From a bacterium (GTDB taxonomy: Bacteria > SZUA-182 > DTGQ01): a DNA stretch of 40,806 nucleotides. The notes under the pieces were generated by a model. That model was not told where the DNA came from, searched no databases, and saw only the letters and a list, made by a program, of their open reading frames with translations. Both the position numbers and the translations under genes were made by a program. Positions 17,741 to 27,697 of this stretch are shown in pieces; the stretch's first letter is position 1, and each line of letters begins with the position of its first letter. The stretch lies in the NCBI GenBank assembly GCA_040752695.1, contig JBFMGO010000027.1:1-40806 (forward strand), given 5' to 3'.

Positions 17741-17801
17741 TATCTCTTTCTCTTTCAGGGGTTAGGGGACAGTGTCTTTCCCCTGATCCCCAGCCTCCTG
17801 T

Positions 17802-17984
17802 GTCTCATTTTGCGTTTCATTCGTCTTTCGCGCTTCCCTTTTTGCCAATTCGATATCTTCAATAGATATATTTTTTCTCGTGGTCAGATGAATAAAATAT
17901 AAGTCTATCTCTTTGAGCTGGTAAAATTGTTACTTTCACTTTCCTAAAAGCTAGATTATCAGAGATAGAGTAACTTTTCAATAT
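17802..17984 (-). repeat. Internally deleted duplicate of the antitoxin 3' end plus the TA promoter region
   Basis: 17802-17861 matches 15458-15517 and 17862-17984 matches 15696-15818. The putative promoter TTGAAA-17-TAATCT is conserved in both copies (15787-15815 and 17953-17981, minus strand). Confidence 0.9.
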
Positions 17985-18123
17985 GTGTTCTCTCAAGTAA
18001 GATAAAAAGGGCAATGGCTTTTGTTGCGGTTTGAAAGTCTCGCTGTACTAAGCTCCCCGCTTAAAGATTGTGGGGACAGGTCAGAATGACGGATGGAAAA
18101 GATGGCATCAATTTATATTTTAA

Positions 18124-18152
18124 TTGCTTGATGAAAAATGCAAAAGTATAAT
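18124..18152 (+). promoter_or_regulatory. sigma70-type promoter of mtgA
   Basis: TTGCTT-17 bp-TATAAT; it overlaps the ORF-track start, implying a later true start. Confidence 0.55.
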
Positions 18153-18200
18153 ATTATGAACGGCGTAAAAGGAAAGAGTTCGAAGGAGAGAGGGTTTGGT

Positions 18201-18920
18201 GTGAAAAGAAAATTGGCGGTCAAAAAAGGCAGTCGCTTGTTTCGTCGGTTGGCTTTTGGATTAACTCTCCTTTTCCTTGCGGCTTTCGTCTATTTATTTT
18301 TCACGCCGAATGTTTCGAGACTAGTCAAAGAGAACCCCCAAAAGACTGCATTTATGGCCTACCGGGAACGGGAATGGAAAGAAAAAGGCAAACAGTGCAG
18401 GGTCAGTCAGCGGTGGGTGCCTCTTTCCCGGATATCGGATTATCTTGTCAGGGCAGTCATTATCGCCGAGGACGATAAGTTCTGGATTCACGAGGGCTTC
18501 GATTACGATGCCATCCAAAAAGCTATAGAAAAGGATCTCAAGGCCGGTGAATTCAAGCTCGGCGGCAGCACCATCAGTCAGCAACTGGCCAAGAACCTGT
18601 ATCTCTCTCCAGCTAAAAATCCTTTCAGAAAGATAAGGGAAGCGGTCATTACCTGGCGTATGGAAAAGGCACTCACCAAGAGGCGGATATTGGAGCTCTA
18701 CCTTAATGTTATCGAGTGGGGAGAAGGGATATTCGGCGTTGAAGCTGCCGCACGGCACTACTATGGAAAATCCGCATCCCGGCTTACTCCCCATGAGGCA
18801 GCGAGATTGGCCGCTGTTCTTCCCAATCCGAGAAAATATAACCCCGCAGGTGATCACAGGTACGTAGTCAAGCGGTCAAACCGCATTTACCGCATCATGG
18901 CCAGAAGGGGAGGGCAGTGA
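18201..18920 (+). CDS. mtgA: Monofunctional biosynthetic peptidoglycan transglycosylase
   Basis: GT51 motifs AEDDKFWIHEGFD, GGSTISQQLAKNLYL, RKIRE, KRRILELYLNVIEWG and LAAVLPNP; N-terminal TM; likely GTG start at 18201. Confidence 0.92.
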   Translation: MKRKLAVKKGSRLFRRLAFGLTLLFLAAFVYLFFTPNVSRLVKENPQKTAFMAYREREWKEKGKQCRVSQRWVPLSRISDYLVRAVIIAEDDKFWIHEGFDYDAIQKAIEKDLKAGEFKLGGSTISQQLAKNLYLSPAKNPFRKIREAVITWRMEKALTKRRILELYLNVIEWGEGIFGVEAAARHYYGKSASRLTPHEAARLAAVLPNPRKYNPAGDHRYVVKRSNRIYRIMARRGGQ

Positions 18921-18939
18921 TTAGAGCGGCTCCCCCTTA

Positions 18940-20151
18940 CTACTCGTGTCTCAGTGCCTCCACGGGCCGCAGGCGGGATGCCTTGTAGGCGGGGTACATG
19001 CCGAAAAGAATACCCACCAGACCGGAAAAAATGAACGATATGGCCACATAGAGCATCGACACTCTGGTTGTAAAGTGAAGGAGGTAGCTCAAGGTGGCCG
19101 TAGCCAGCATGCCGATGCCAATGCCGATGATTCCACCGAGCAGGCTCATGGACATGGACTCGACCAGGAACTGCCTTAAGATATCGCCCGGCGTAGCTCC
19201 AATAGCCATGCGGATTCCGATCTCCTTGGTTCTTTCGGTGACTGAAACCAGCATGATATTCATGATTCCGATCCCGCCCACGATAAGGGAGATTGAGGCA
19301 ACCAGGGCCAGTAGGATGGAAAATACCTGGGCAGTCTTGCTGGCAACTTCGATGATTTCTGTGACATTCTTGATCTGAAAGCTGTCTTCCTGGCTGGGGC
19401 TCAGTCTGCCTCTCTGGCGCAGCAAAGCGTTAATCTGCTCGATGACCAGGTCAGCGATCTGGGGATTGGTGACTGAAACGAAAATCAGGCTGATATGGGT
19501 CACTCCGGCCAGTTTGCGCATAACGGTAGTCACGGGAGCCAGAATCATGTCATCCTGGTCCTGGCCGAAAGCGGTCTGCCCCTTGGGTGTCATGATGCCA
19601 ATGACCTGAAATGGCACATGCTTTAAAAGAATAGTCTTTCCGATCGGATCTTCCAGGCCGAAGAGCTGGTCCACCACGGTGTTGCCAAGAAGGCAGACAT
19701 TGGCAGCCAGCCGGACATCTTTTTCGGAAAAAAAATGGCCCTTTGCAACGCTCCAGTTGCGGATGTACTGGAAGTCCGGCGTTATACCGGTGATTACACT
19801 CAACCTGTTCCGGTTGGTGTAAACCGCCTGAAACCCGACCGAGATAAAGGGGCTGACGAAGGTCACGAAGGGGACCTGTCTGCGGATGGCTTCGGCATCC
19901 TCCAGGGTCAGAGAAGGCGCTGACTCGGTCCTTACGCCGCCGAACAAAAGCTGTCTGGGGAAGATAACGATCATATTGGCACCCAGATTGCTGATTTGTT
20001 CCTGAACGATGGTCCGGGTGCCCTGAGTGACCGCTACCATACCGATCACCGAGGCCACACCGATGATGATCCCAAGCATGGTCAGACCGGAGCGGACCTT
20101 ATTTCTGGTGAGATTCCGGTAAGACATATAGAAAAGATCCCTGGCGGTCAT
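18940..20151 (-). CDS. MacB-type ABC transporter permease
   Basis: RSGLTMLGIIIGVASVI, GGIGIMNIMLVSVTERTKEIGIRMAIGA and PAYKASRLRPVEALRHE. Confidence 0.93.
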   Translation of the reverse strand: MTARDLFYMSYRNLTRNKVRSGLTMLGIIIGVASVIGMVAVTQGTRTIVQEQISNLGANMIVIFPRQLLFGGVRTESAPSLTLEDAEAIRRQVPFVTFVSPFISVGFQAVYTNRNRLSVITGITPDFQYIRNWSVAKGHFFSEKDVRLAANVCLLGNTVVDQLFGLEDPIGKTILLKHVPFQVIGIMTPKGQTAFGQDQDDMILAPVTTVMRKLAGVTHISLIFVSVTNPQIADLVIEQINALLRQRGRLSPSQEDSFQIKNVTEIIEVASKTAQVFSILLALVASISLIVGGIGIMNIMLVSVTERTKEIGIRMAIGATPGDILRQFLVESMSMSLLGGIIGIGIGMLATATLSYLLHFTTRVSMLYVAISFIFSGLVGILFGMYPAYKASRLRPVEALRHE

Positions 20152-20239
20152 TTCCCTTCCCTTTTCCCCTGGCTATCCACCGAATTTTTCTTTACGGTTT
20201 TCCTTTTGCTTTTGGTTTCCCCCGAGCTTTCCCTGAGGT

Positions 20240-20968
20240 TCAGCCTTGTGCAGGTTCCAGCTCCAGGGCGGCAATTTTGGGATGCTCCACAAACCGGTCT
20301 TTGGCAATACGGCCATCGACGATAGTAATTGCCCTGGATGCATGCTCTGCAATATCCGGGTCATGGGTGACCATGATTATGGTTTTTCCCTGGCCATTGA
20401 GTCTCTGGAAAACATTCATGATCTCCAGGCTGGCTTTGATATCCAGATTGCCGGTAGGCTCATCCGCCAGAAGAATGACCGGGTCATTCAAAAGTGCTCT
20501 GGCAATGGCTACTCTCTGTTGCTGTCCGCCTGAAATCTTGGATGGAATATAATCCTCGAACCCGTGCAGGCCAACACTATGGAGCAGTTTAAGAGCCCGG
20601 TGTCTGGCGGCTTTCCTGAAGTTTCCTTTACCCCTTCTGTACAGGGCCGGCAGATTCACGTTTTCCAGCAGGGTCGCATTCTGAAGGAGGTTGAATTGCT
20701 GGAAAACGAAGCCGATCTTTTCATTCCGTATATGCGCCCATTCCACAGGCGGAATGGCATTGATCAGGACGCCGTCCAGGTAGTATTCCCCCGAATCAGG
20801 CCGCTCCAGGCACCCCAGGATATTGAGCAGGGTGCTTTTGCCCGAACCCGAAGGCCCCATAATCGATAAGAATGTACCCGCAGGAATATGCAAATTTATT
20901 CCCTTGAGCACCTGCAAGGTATGTTCGCCATATGCATAACTTTTCATTATTTGAACCAATTCGATCAA
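20240..20968 (-). CDS. MacB/LolD-type ABC ATP-binding protein
   Basis: Walker A GPSGSGKS, signature ISGGQQQRVAIARAL, LLADEPTGNLD and VTHD. Confidence 0.95.
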   Translation of the reverse strand: MIELVQIMKSYAYGEHTLQVLKGINLHIPAGTFLSIMGPSGSGKSTLLNILGCLERPDSGEYYLDGVLINAIPPVEWAHIRNEKIGFVFQQFNLLQNATLLENVNLPALYRRGKGNFRKAARHRALKLLHSVGLHGFEDYIPSKISGGQQQRVAIARALLNDPVILLADEPTGNLDIKASLEIMNVFQRLNGQGKTIIMVTHDPDIAEHASRAITIVDGRIAKDRFVEHPKIAALELEPAQG

Positions 20969-22149
20969 AAACCTTCATCCTCCTTCGAAATGCTTGCAAT
21001 AACGACCGCATCCCCTGCCTGTAAACCTTCATGCACTTCGATATACTCATCGCCGCCGATGCCGGTTTTGATAATCACCGGTTGTACGATCTGGCGGTTC
21101 TGGTGATCTGTGGTGAGCAGCCAGACGATCCCTTCTCCGGGCTTGAGGTTTTTGAGCATTATGCGCTGTTTTTCCTCCTGGTTCGGCATGATAAAACGAA
21201 GCGCCTTATAGGGGATTTTCAGGATATTCTTTTTTTCTTCAGCCAAGATCGATACGGTGGCAGTCATACCGGGCTTCAGTAAAAGTTCACTGTTGTCCAC
21301 ATCGATCAGGGCATTGTAATTGACCACATTGGACACTATCACCGGATTGAGCCGGACCTGGGCCACTGTGCCGGAAAACTTCTTTTCAGGAAAAGCATAA
21401 ACGGTAAACTCCGCCAAAGCCCCTTCCCTGACCCGTCCGATGTCGGATTCGGCCACGTCCGTATTGATCTGCATTTTGGTCAAATCCCGGGCAATCTTAA
21501 ACAGGGTAGGGGACTGAAGACTGGCCACCACTGTCTGTCCTGCGGAAATGTTCCTGGCTATGACGATCCCATCGACAGGGGCGACAATTTTGGTAAGGTC
21601 CAGGTTGTAAAGATTTTGCTGATGCCGCGCTTCCAACTGGTCGATCCCGGCCTGCAGGGAGTTGACATTGGCCAGGCCCTGCTCGTAGACAGCCCTGGCA
21701 TTATCCAGATCCGATGGGGAATTCAGTTTCAATTTGGCTAATTCTTTTTGCCGCGTATACTGTACCTCATTGTTTTTCAATGTCACCCTTGCCCTGTTCA
21801 AATCGGCCCTCGCCTTTTTGATGGCTGCCAGACTCTGATCGGCCTGCGCCTGAAAAAGCGTTGGATCAAGCCTGGCCAGGATCTCTCCCTTTTTTACTTT
21901 CGAATTGTAATCGACATCGATCTCCATAATGGTGCCGGAAACCTGTGTTCCCACATCCACCAGATCCACGGGATTAATAGTGCCGGTAGCTGAAACATAA
22001 CTGGAAATATCACCCGGCTCTACCTTGACTGTTTGGTAGCTGAAGGCGGGCCTTTTATCTCTCACCAGGAAAAACCAGAAAAGGACCACAGCGGCAGTTA
22101 TCAAGGGTGCCACGATCAGTGTGAGGAGTTTTCTTTTCCTGCTTATCAT
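20965..22149 (-). CDS. MacA-like periplasmic adaptor (efflux MFP)
   Basis: N-terminal TM; ATGTINP..VDVGTQVSG; coiled hairpin; APVDGIVI..N...GQTV; LKPGMTA. Confidence 0.92.
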   Translation of the reverse strand: MISRKRKLLTLIVAPLITAAVVLFWFFLVRDKRPAFSYQTVKVEPGDISSYVSATGTINPVDLVDVGTQVSGTIMEIDVDYNSKVKKGEILARLDPTLFQAQADQSLAAIKKARADLNRARVTLKNNEVQYTRQKELAKLKLNSPSDLDNARAVYEQGLANVNSLQAGIDQLEARHQQNLYNLDLTKIVAPVDGIVIARNISAGQTVVASLQSPTLFKIARDLTKMQINTDVAESDIGRVREGALAEFTVYAFPEKKFSGTVAQVRLNPVIVSNVVNYNALIDVDNSELLLKPGMTATVSILAEEKKNILKIPYKALRFIMPNQEEKQRIMLKNLKPGEGIVWLLTTDHQNRQIVQPVIIKTGIGGDEYIEVHEGLQAGDAVVIASISKEDEGF

Positions 22150-22272
22150 AAATCAGCTACCCCAGTGTTTTTCTTTTCATAACTCAAGCATGTCGGTATC
22201 GTTCCCTTCACAACACCACTACACCGCTATCGTTCTTTTCACAACTCGAGCCTGTATCGGTATCGTGCCAGC

Positions 22273-23595
22273 TTATAACTCAGCTACGCCAATATCTCTT
22301 TTCAGTTTTGCAAAGATCATGAGCAGGTTATAGTTGGCATTCACGTAATCGGTTTTGGTCACAATTAAACTGAGACTGGCATTGGTCCATTCGATAATAT
22401 CGCCCAGCCCGACCTGGTAACGGGCGCTCGCCATTTCAAGGTTGGCCTCGGCCGCATCACCCGCTTCTTTGAGCGAGTCCATCTGAGAGAGCGTTTTCTC
22501 ATAGTTGGTGAAATCCTCCACTACTGCCAATTGGGCGTCCCTGGTAACCTGCTCCAGAATCGCCTGGCTTTGCCGGATATTCACCAGTGCATCTTTTACC
22601 CGGTAGTATGTCGCCCCTCCGGTAAACAAGGGGATATCTATCTGGAGCCCCAGGATGAATTTTCTCTCAAAAGGAAAATCATCTCCTTGCGCCATATAGT
22701 CCATATGCCCGGAGACAGTGGGCCAGTACTCGCCTTCTGCGGCCTTTAAGGCGAGTTCGGCAAAGCGCACACTCTCTTGAGCCTGGCGGATGGCCGGGTT
22801 ATGACTGGTCAAAAGCCGCAAAAGCTCCTCCAGCGGCGGAACCGGCTTTGAAGCTTTGACCGCTTCAACAGGTTCATACTCATCGTCAAAATCAAGGCCA
22901 ATGGCATGAGCCAATGCTGCTTTAGCCAGGGTGACATCAGACTGGGCCTGCTGCAACCTGCTTCTTGCCGTGGCCAGGTTCATCCGGGCAGTGGTCACAT
23001 CAATGAGAGGAACGAGGCCGGTCTCGTTTCTGGCCTTGGCCTGCTGTAACTGAAGCTCGAATTGACGGACCGATTCCCTGGCCACATTCAGAAGATTTAC
23101 AGATTGAAAATATCCATAGAAAGTTTTTTCCACCCCGAAAATTACCCCGTTCCTGGTCTCGGCCAGATTTTCCTCTGTTGCCTGAAGGCCGCTTTTGCTC
23201 TTTTGCAGAGCGTAATATCGCCTTCCAAAGTCGAAAATATTTTGGGAAAGAGTGAAACTGATGGTCCCCTGATTAACATCCCGATCTTCGTCCATGGACA
23301 TGGTCATGGTCCGGTCCCCGTTGCTGAAGGTGACTGATTTTTGAGTATCAGAGAGAACCTTTGTCTTTTGGATGCCCCCTGTGGCTGCGATTTTGGGAAA
23401 GTAGCCCGACCTTGAAACCTGAACCTTCGCCCTGGCGCTGTCTAGTTGAGCCTGCAGGGACTTCAGGGTATAGTTTTTCTCAAGGGCCAGATCAATAGCC
23501 TGCGGCAAGGTGATTCTCCCCAGATTTTCGGCCCAGGACAAAGAGCACAGGGAAAGCAACAGCCAGATTTCAAAAAATAAAAAACGTTTTTTCAT
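22273..23595 (-). CDS. TolC-family outer-membrane channel
   Basis: Signal peptide; ITLPQAIDLALEKN; two OEP repeats (YFPKI..., YWPTV..., IPLFTGG, RYQVG); first gene of the efflux operon. Confidence 0.9.
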   Translation of the reverse strand: MKKRFLFFEIWLLLSLCSLSWAENLGRITLPQAIDLALEKNYTLKSLQAQLDSARAKVQVSRSGYFPKIAATGGIQKTKVLSDTQKSVTFSNGDRTMTMSMDEDRDVNQGTISFTLSQNIFDFGRRYYALQKSKSGLQATEENLAETRNGVIFGVEKTFYGYFQSVNLLNVARESVRQFELQLQQAKARNETGLVPLIDVTTARMNLATARSRLQQAQSDVTLAKAALAHAIGLDFDDEYEPVEAVKASKPVPPLEELLRLLTSHNPAIRQAQESVRFAELALKAAEGEYWPTVSGHMDYMAQGDDFPFERKFILGLQIDIPLFTGGATYYRVKDALVNIRQSQAILEQVTRDAQLAVVEDFTNYEKTLSQMDSLKEAGDAAEANLEMASARYQVGLGDIIEWTNASLSLIVTKTDYVNANYNLLMIFAKLKRDIGVAEL

Positions 23596-23615
23596 TGGAT
23601 CCTATTATCGAAATC

Positions 23616-23652
23616 AGGTATTTTTAAGGAGAGCCGCTCTCCTTAAAAACCT
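23616..23652. terminator. Palindrome/hairpin upstream of tolC (terminator or operator)
   Basis: TTTTTAAGGAGAG-CCG-CTCTCCTTAAAAA. Confidence 0.5.
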
Positions 23653-23970
23653 TTTGTGAAGTCTTTCCCGCTGCCCCTTTTTTATGATCCTTCTTTTGCA
23701 CAATCCATTTCCCCAATACCTGATCGGTTAACAGAAATAAAAACAAGGCACCATACGACAATAACCCGACCGTATAGGAATTTCTCTTTTATTTATGCGG
23801 CTTGACGGGAGATGGTGATAGAAAGGTAGGAGCAATACATAATGTAAAGGAAAGGTGCAGGGCGAAATCGTCCAATCCAATGAAGGAGAGTCGAAGAAAA
23901 GGGTAAAAATACAAAAGGAAGCGCCTAAGGAAAAACGCAGGGAAAACGCGATGGGAACGAGCGGGATAGG

Positions 23971-24726
23971 TTATATATCCAGATAAATGCTATTTTGGCG
24001 AAGCCATGCTTTCCGGTCCTGGTAATCCGGAACGATTGAACGGACAAGGCTCCAGAACTGCGGAGAATGGTTTTTTACTCTCAAGTGGCAAAGTTCATGG
24101 ACAACTACGTAATCGATAACTGGCAGGGGAGACAGGATGAGCCTCCAATTGAAATGAAGGGCATTTTTCCCGGTGCAGCTACCCCAGCAGCATTTTTGAT
24201 GGCGAACCCGGATCGTGTGCGGATTAACCATAACATCTTTTTTACGTATATTGATTTTTTCTAAAATAATTTCCTCGGCCTTGGCAAAATACCAGCGGAG
24301 AAAGGCCGACCGGATAAGTGAAATCCGCTCCTCCTCGTCTGTTCTTCCCGGAAGGAAGATCCAGAATGCATCTGCCTGAAAATCAATCCTGGGCAGAAGC
24401 CCAAAGGATTGGCAGGGGTCACTCTTTTGGATGTATAAGGGGTATTGATTTCCCAGGTACCAGAAACATTCCCCCTCAACGAATTTTTTGGGAACTTTCA
24501 GACTGATTTTATTTCTCAGTTGGTTTTGCTTATCAATAATCCATCCGGCACGCTTGAGTACAATTTCTCTTAATTCACCTGCATCCAGGTCAGGATGGGC
24601 GGAAATAACAACACCCTTTACCGGGTCGATGAGGATACCGACAGTCGTGCGATTTCTTCTTTTGATTGAATATTCGATAAGGTGCTCACCGAATTTTATC
24701 TGATAAAGCCCGTTTTGCGGTTTTAT
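23971..24726 (-). CDS. YgjP/DUF45-like (M48/SprT-type) zinc metallopeptidase with a non-canonical ATA start
   Basis: Manual translation shows the frame open from 24726 to the stop at 23971 (251 aa): IKPQNGLYQIKFGEHLIEYSIKRRNRTTVGI...EGECFWYLG...WGSC...IDYVVVHELCHLRVKNHSPQFW. SD AAGGAGAGGAG precedes the ATA. Confidence 0.8.
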   Translation of the reverse strand: MKPQNGLYQIKFGEHLIEYSIKRRNRTTVGILIDPVKGVVISAHPDLDAGELREIVLKRAGWIIDKQNQLRNKISLKVPKKFVEGECFWYLGNQYPLYIQKSDPCQSFGLLPRIDFQADAFWIFLPGRTDEEERISLIRSAFLRWYFAKAEEIILEKINIRKKDVMVNPHTIRVRHQKCCWGSCTGKNALHFNWRLILSPLPVIDYVVVHELCHLRVKNHSPQFWSLVRSIVPDYQDRKAWLRQNSIYLDI

Positions 24727-25619
24727 GGCTCCTCTCCTTGTGACAGCCGGGAAATCCGGTCAAATTCCTCCCTGAGCTTTTGATAGGCAGCATCCAATTC
24801 CTCTGCCTTTCTTCCGGCATTTCTCAGGTGCGTCTCGTAGAATACCCGCCACTTTTCATCAATTTCCCGAAACCCCCGTGAAATCTTCCAAAGGTTCTCC
24901 TTTACTTTCTCCGTCTCCTCGGACAGCTTTCTGGCGTGAACTCCGGCCTTGATCAATTCAATCTTGTGCGAAATGGTCAGGGGAGAAACAACCTGGACCC
25001 CTTTTTTCGCATAATCGCGAAGCGACTCGTAATTCTCATTTACCAGAAAATAATAGACTCCCTCCGATGGAATATAAGCGAAAGCAAATTCGGCAGAACC
25101 TTTTTCAGGGCAAACATAATCATCCAGTATTTTCCTTATATGACCCTGCGCATCCTTAACGAACTGCTTTTTAAAGGATTCTTTTTCCTGTGCATTATCA
25201 GTTTCAAGCATCTTACGGTAATTATCAAGAGGGAATTTTGAATCAATGCAAATAATCCCTACCGTCGATCGAATATAGGCATCGGGTATCTTGCCATCGA
25301 GAATTTTTTTCCGGATGCCGAACATATCCGGGGGGAGCTGATCCGCGAGAATCGTCTCTAACCCGAGTTCTCCCAAAGATGCCCTTTCCGTAGATACCCG
25401 GAGCATCTGCTCCAGAGATTTGTAATTATTTCGAATATCCTGCGCATAAATAGTGAGCATACCCACCTTATCGTCAATCCCGAGTTTCATCCAGGCCCGT
25501 GACATCGCAGACTCTACATCGTCAAATGCAAATCTGCTGCCTTTCATGAACATAAGGAACAGGAAAATCAAGACGACCAGAAGTATTACAATCAGACAGA
25601 GTAAAATTTCAGTCGCCAT
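24723..25619 (-). CDS. rmuC: DNA recombination protein RmuC family
   Basis: N-terminal TM; RASLGELGLETIL, PDAYI, IDSKFPLDNY, FAFAYIPSEGVY and VVSP. Confidence 0.85.
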   Translation of the reverse strand: MATEILLCLIVILLVVLIFLFLMFMKGSRFAFDDVESAMSRAWMKLGIDDKVGMLTIYAQDIRNNYKSLEQMLRVSTERASLGELGLETILADQLPPDMFGIRKKILDGKIPDAYIRSTVGIICIDSKFPLDNYRKMLETDNAQEKESFKKQFVKDAQGHIRKILDDYVCPEKGSAEFAFAYIPSEGVYYFLVNENYESLRDYAKKGVQVVSPLTISHKIELIKAGVHARKLSEETEKVKENLWKISRGFREIDEKWRVFYETHLRNAGRKAEELDAAYQKLREEFDRISRLSQGEEP

Positions 25620-25956
25620 CTTCTCCCGAAGTGCTCTCCGTAAACAGAGGCCGGACTTTTGTAAAATAATAAAAAAAGATAAGGGATATATTCTTGTTCA
25701 TAGGTTATGTCAAATATTATAATCACGGTCTTATCTTATTGCAATCATAAAGTTTAGGAGCGATTTATTTTTAATTTGAGGACTGATGGATGCCTTTGGA
25801 AAAATAGGATGGAATGAGATGCCAGGGGAGCATTGGATTAATGACTGACTGCTCTCCCTTTCAGAGAGGATATGGAAGGATTCGAAGGGATTATACGTAG
25901 AGGATTTTCTTTTGAGACAGGTACTTAATGGCAGATCTTTCGTGGCAGATCTTTCG

Positions 25957-25971
25957 TGGCACCTAATATGC
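25957..25971 (+). promoter_or_regulatory. sigma54 promoter (paralog 1)
   Basis: TGGCACCTAATATGC (GG-N10-GC); the equivalent site is present upstream of paralog 2. Confidence 0.65.
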
Positions 25972-26127
25972 GTATCAGATTGGCTGGGGAAGTATTACTG
26001 TTTTTTTCAGAATCAATTCCATAAAATGAGGGAGGTTAAAGTAAGAATGGGTAATCTTTTTATAGGCTTGGGGAGAGAACAAGATAAGAGCGCAGGGAGG
26101 AAAACGGTGAAAATGAGGGGGGAAAAA

Positions 26128-26688
26128 ATGAATAAAAAAAGCGACATAAATGTATTATCTTTATTACTCGTTCTTTTTATTGGAGCAAATACTTTTTTTA
26201 TCGTCAGATCGAAAAGAACCAAAGCTCAAAACTGGACTGCTTTGCCTCCCTACAATACTCTGTGGCCGTTGTGGTCTCCGGCACTTTCTCCGATAAGTGC
26301 CTCTACCGGCCTTCCTGAACCCTTAGTCACCAGTCTTTCTCCGAATACAATTTTACCGGTACAGCCTGGCCTGACGTGGGATCCGGTCCTGAGATATCCC
26401 TGGCTGCTTTACAACACTCCCATGGGTCTTGCTTATTACGATCCTGCCGTAGGGATCGATCTATGGCCACCGAGGATTTTAGTCAATCAGATCACCGGCC
26501 TTCCTATCGTTCTCACGCTGCCAGCCGGTTATGCCGATCTTCCTCCAACTACGGCCTCCTGGCTTGCGAGCAATGTACCGGCAGCCAACTGGGCATATAT
26601 GACAGCCTATCCCAACTACTCATCCGCGGCACCAGCTTTTCCTCAGCCGACGATTGTCTCGTTGATGACACCCACGGCACTCATTTGA
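26128..26688 (+). CDS. Secreted Pro/Trp/Leu-rich protein, paralog 1 (186 aa)
   Basis: ATG 26128 after GAGGGGG; signal peptide ending TKA, then QNWTALPPYNTLWPLWSPALSP; collinear with 27821-28381. Confidence 0.85.
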   Translation: MNKKSDINVLSLLLVLFIGANTFFIVRSKRTKAQNWTALPPYNTLWPLWSPALSPISASTGLPEPLVTSLSPNTILPVQPGLTWDPVLRYPWLLYNTPMGLAYYDPAVGIDLWPPRILVNQITGLPIVLTLPAGYADLPPTTASWLASNVPAANWAYMTAYPNYSSAAPAFPQPTIVSLMTPTALI

Positions 26689-26763
26689 GATGTTTTTCTC
26701 CTTTCGCTCTGAGAAGGTAAAGGGAGGGCGAGCGCAAACACGTGTTAAGTTGAGGGACGGATT

Positions 26764-26800
26764 GTGTAAAGTGCGGTGTCACGGACACCGCACTTTACAC
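26764..26800. repeat. Perfect 17-bp-stem hairpin (REP-like/terminator)
   Basis: GTGTAAAGTGCGGTGTC-ACG-GACACCGCACTTTACAC. Confidence 0.75.
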
Positions 26801-27072
26801 TCTGTCCTTATGCGAAGCGATAGATACCTCTTTGCCACCATGATACTCGGTTATTGTTGTCATCTTGCCACCCTGTTGTTTCATCCTTACCCCCATCAAA
26901 ACGTTTGTCGGAAAATTTATCCCTGCGCCACTTGAATTCCCGGACCGGATTCCCGGACCGGAATGATCAACGTTACCCTAATAGCTGTATCGAAGGAGCT
27001 GTATCGTAAGGGTCTGATGCCTGGCATAGTTATTAAGTAAAATAATTAAAATTAGAAAAAATAATTTAATAC

Positions 27073-27101
27073 TTGACATTATTTAATAAATTAATTATAA
27101 T
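27073..27101 (+). promoter_or_regulatory. Perfect-consensus sigma70 promoter
   Basis: TTGACA-17 bp-TATAAT in an AT-rich context. Confidence 0.75.
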
Positions 27102-27226
27102 ACTATGCTTTTGCACTTTTGGAATGGAGCACTTTTGGATATGGGTATAAAAATTGACGGGTACAACATGTTAAGGGAAGAAGTATCCGAACTTCTTATA
27201 AACCTTTCCCAAGGAGAAAAGAAGCT

Positions 27227-27382
27227 ATGGATACATTCTTCCCTACAACTATTCTTACCTATACTTTTGCACTTTTTGTCATTGTGAAACTATCTGCATT
27301 TCAAGCACTTAATAAAAAATGCAAAAATATAGTAAAAATTAAATCATTTTTAATGGCTCTCACATCCTGGAATCATCGTTGA
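27227..27382 (+). CDS. Putative 51-aa small membrane protein
   Basis: AAGGAG-10 nt-ATG; MDTFFPTTILTYTFALFVIVKLSAFQALNKKCKNIVKIKSFLMALTSWNHR; downstream of the consensus promoter. Confidence 0.35.
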   Translation: MDTFFPTTILTYTFALFVIVKLSAFQALNKKCKNIVKIKSFLMALTSWNHR

Positions 27383-27603
27383 TTAAAAATAATCCCTCCT
27401 CAAATTTATTTCCATCTCCTCAGCTTAGCGGTCCTTTCGCTAAAGTCAAACGCAGTGAGAGTGCCGTTTCAACTCTCTCTCCCTTATGGATGCCGTGGGA
27501 ACCCTGACCAAGGTCGGGAATTTTGGCGCAGATTTGGAATTTACATTCCCACTGAGGTCATACTTTGCACCGTGACTGGGGCAAACGATCTTCCTGTCCG
27601 TAC

Positions 27604-27621
27604 TGTTTCAGAGATGAAACA
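27604..27621. promoter_or_regulatory. Palindromic enhancer-like site (bEBP UAS candidate)
   Basis: TGTTTCA-GAGA-TGAAACA, ~65 bp upstream of a sigma54 site; a similar TGTTCCA-ATTT-TGAAACG lies at ~30919-30936. Confidence 0.5.
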
Positions 27622-27682
27622 AAAAGGGATCCTCTACCTGCCAGTACTTGATCAACGATCTGAATAATAAAGAATTTTATGG

Positions 27683-27697
27683 TGGCACTTGATATGC
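27683..27697 (+). promoter_or_regulatory. sigma54 promoter (paralog 2)
   Basis: TGGCACTTGATATGC (GG-N10-GC). Confidence 0.7.

Noticed and set aside
25912..26127. 72-aa N-terminal extension of paralog 1
   Set aside because: It overlaps the sigma54 promoter; alignment with paralog 2 and the SD support ATG 26128.
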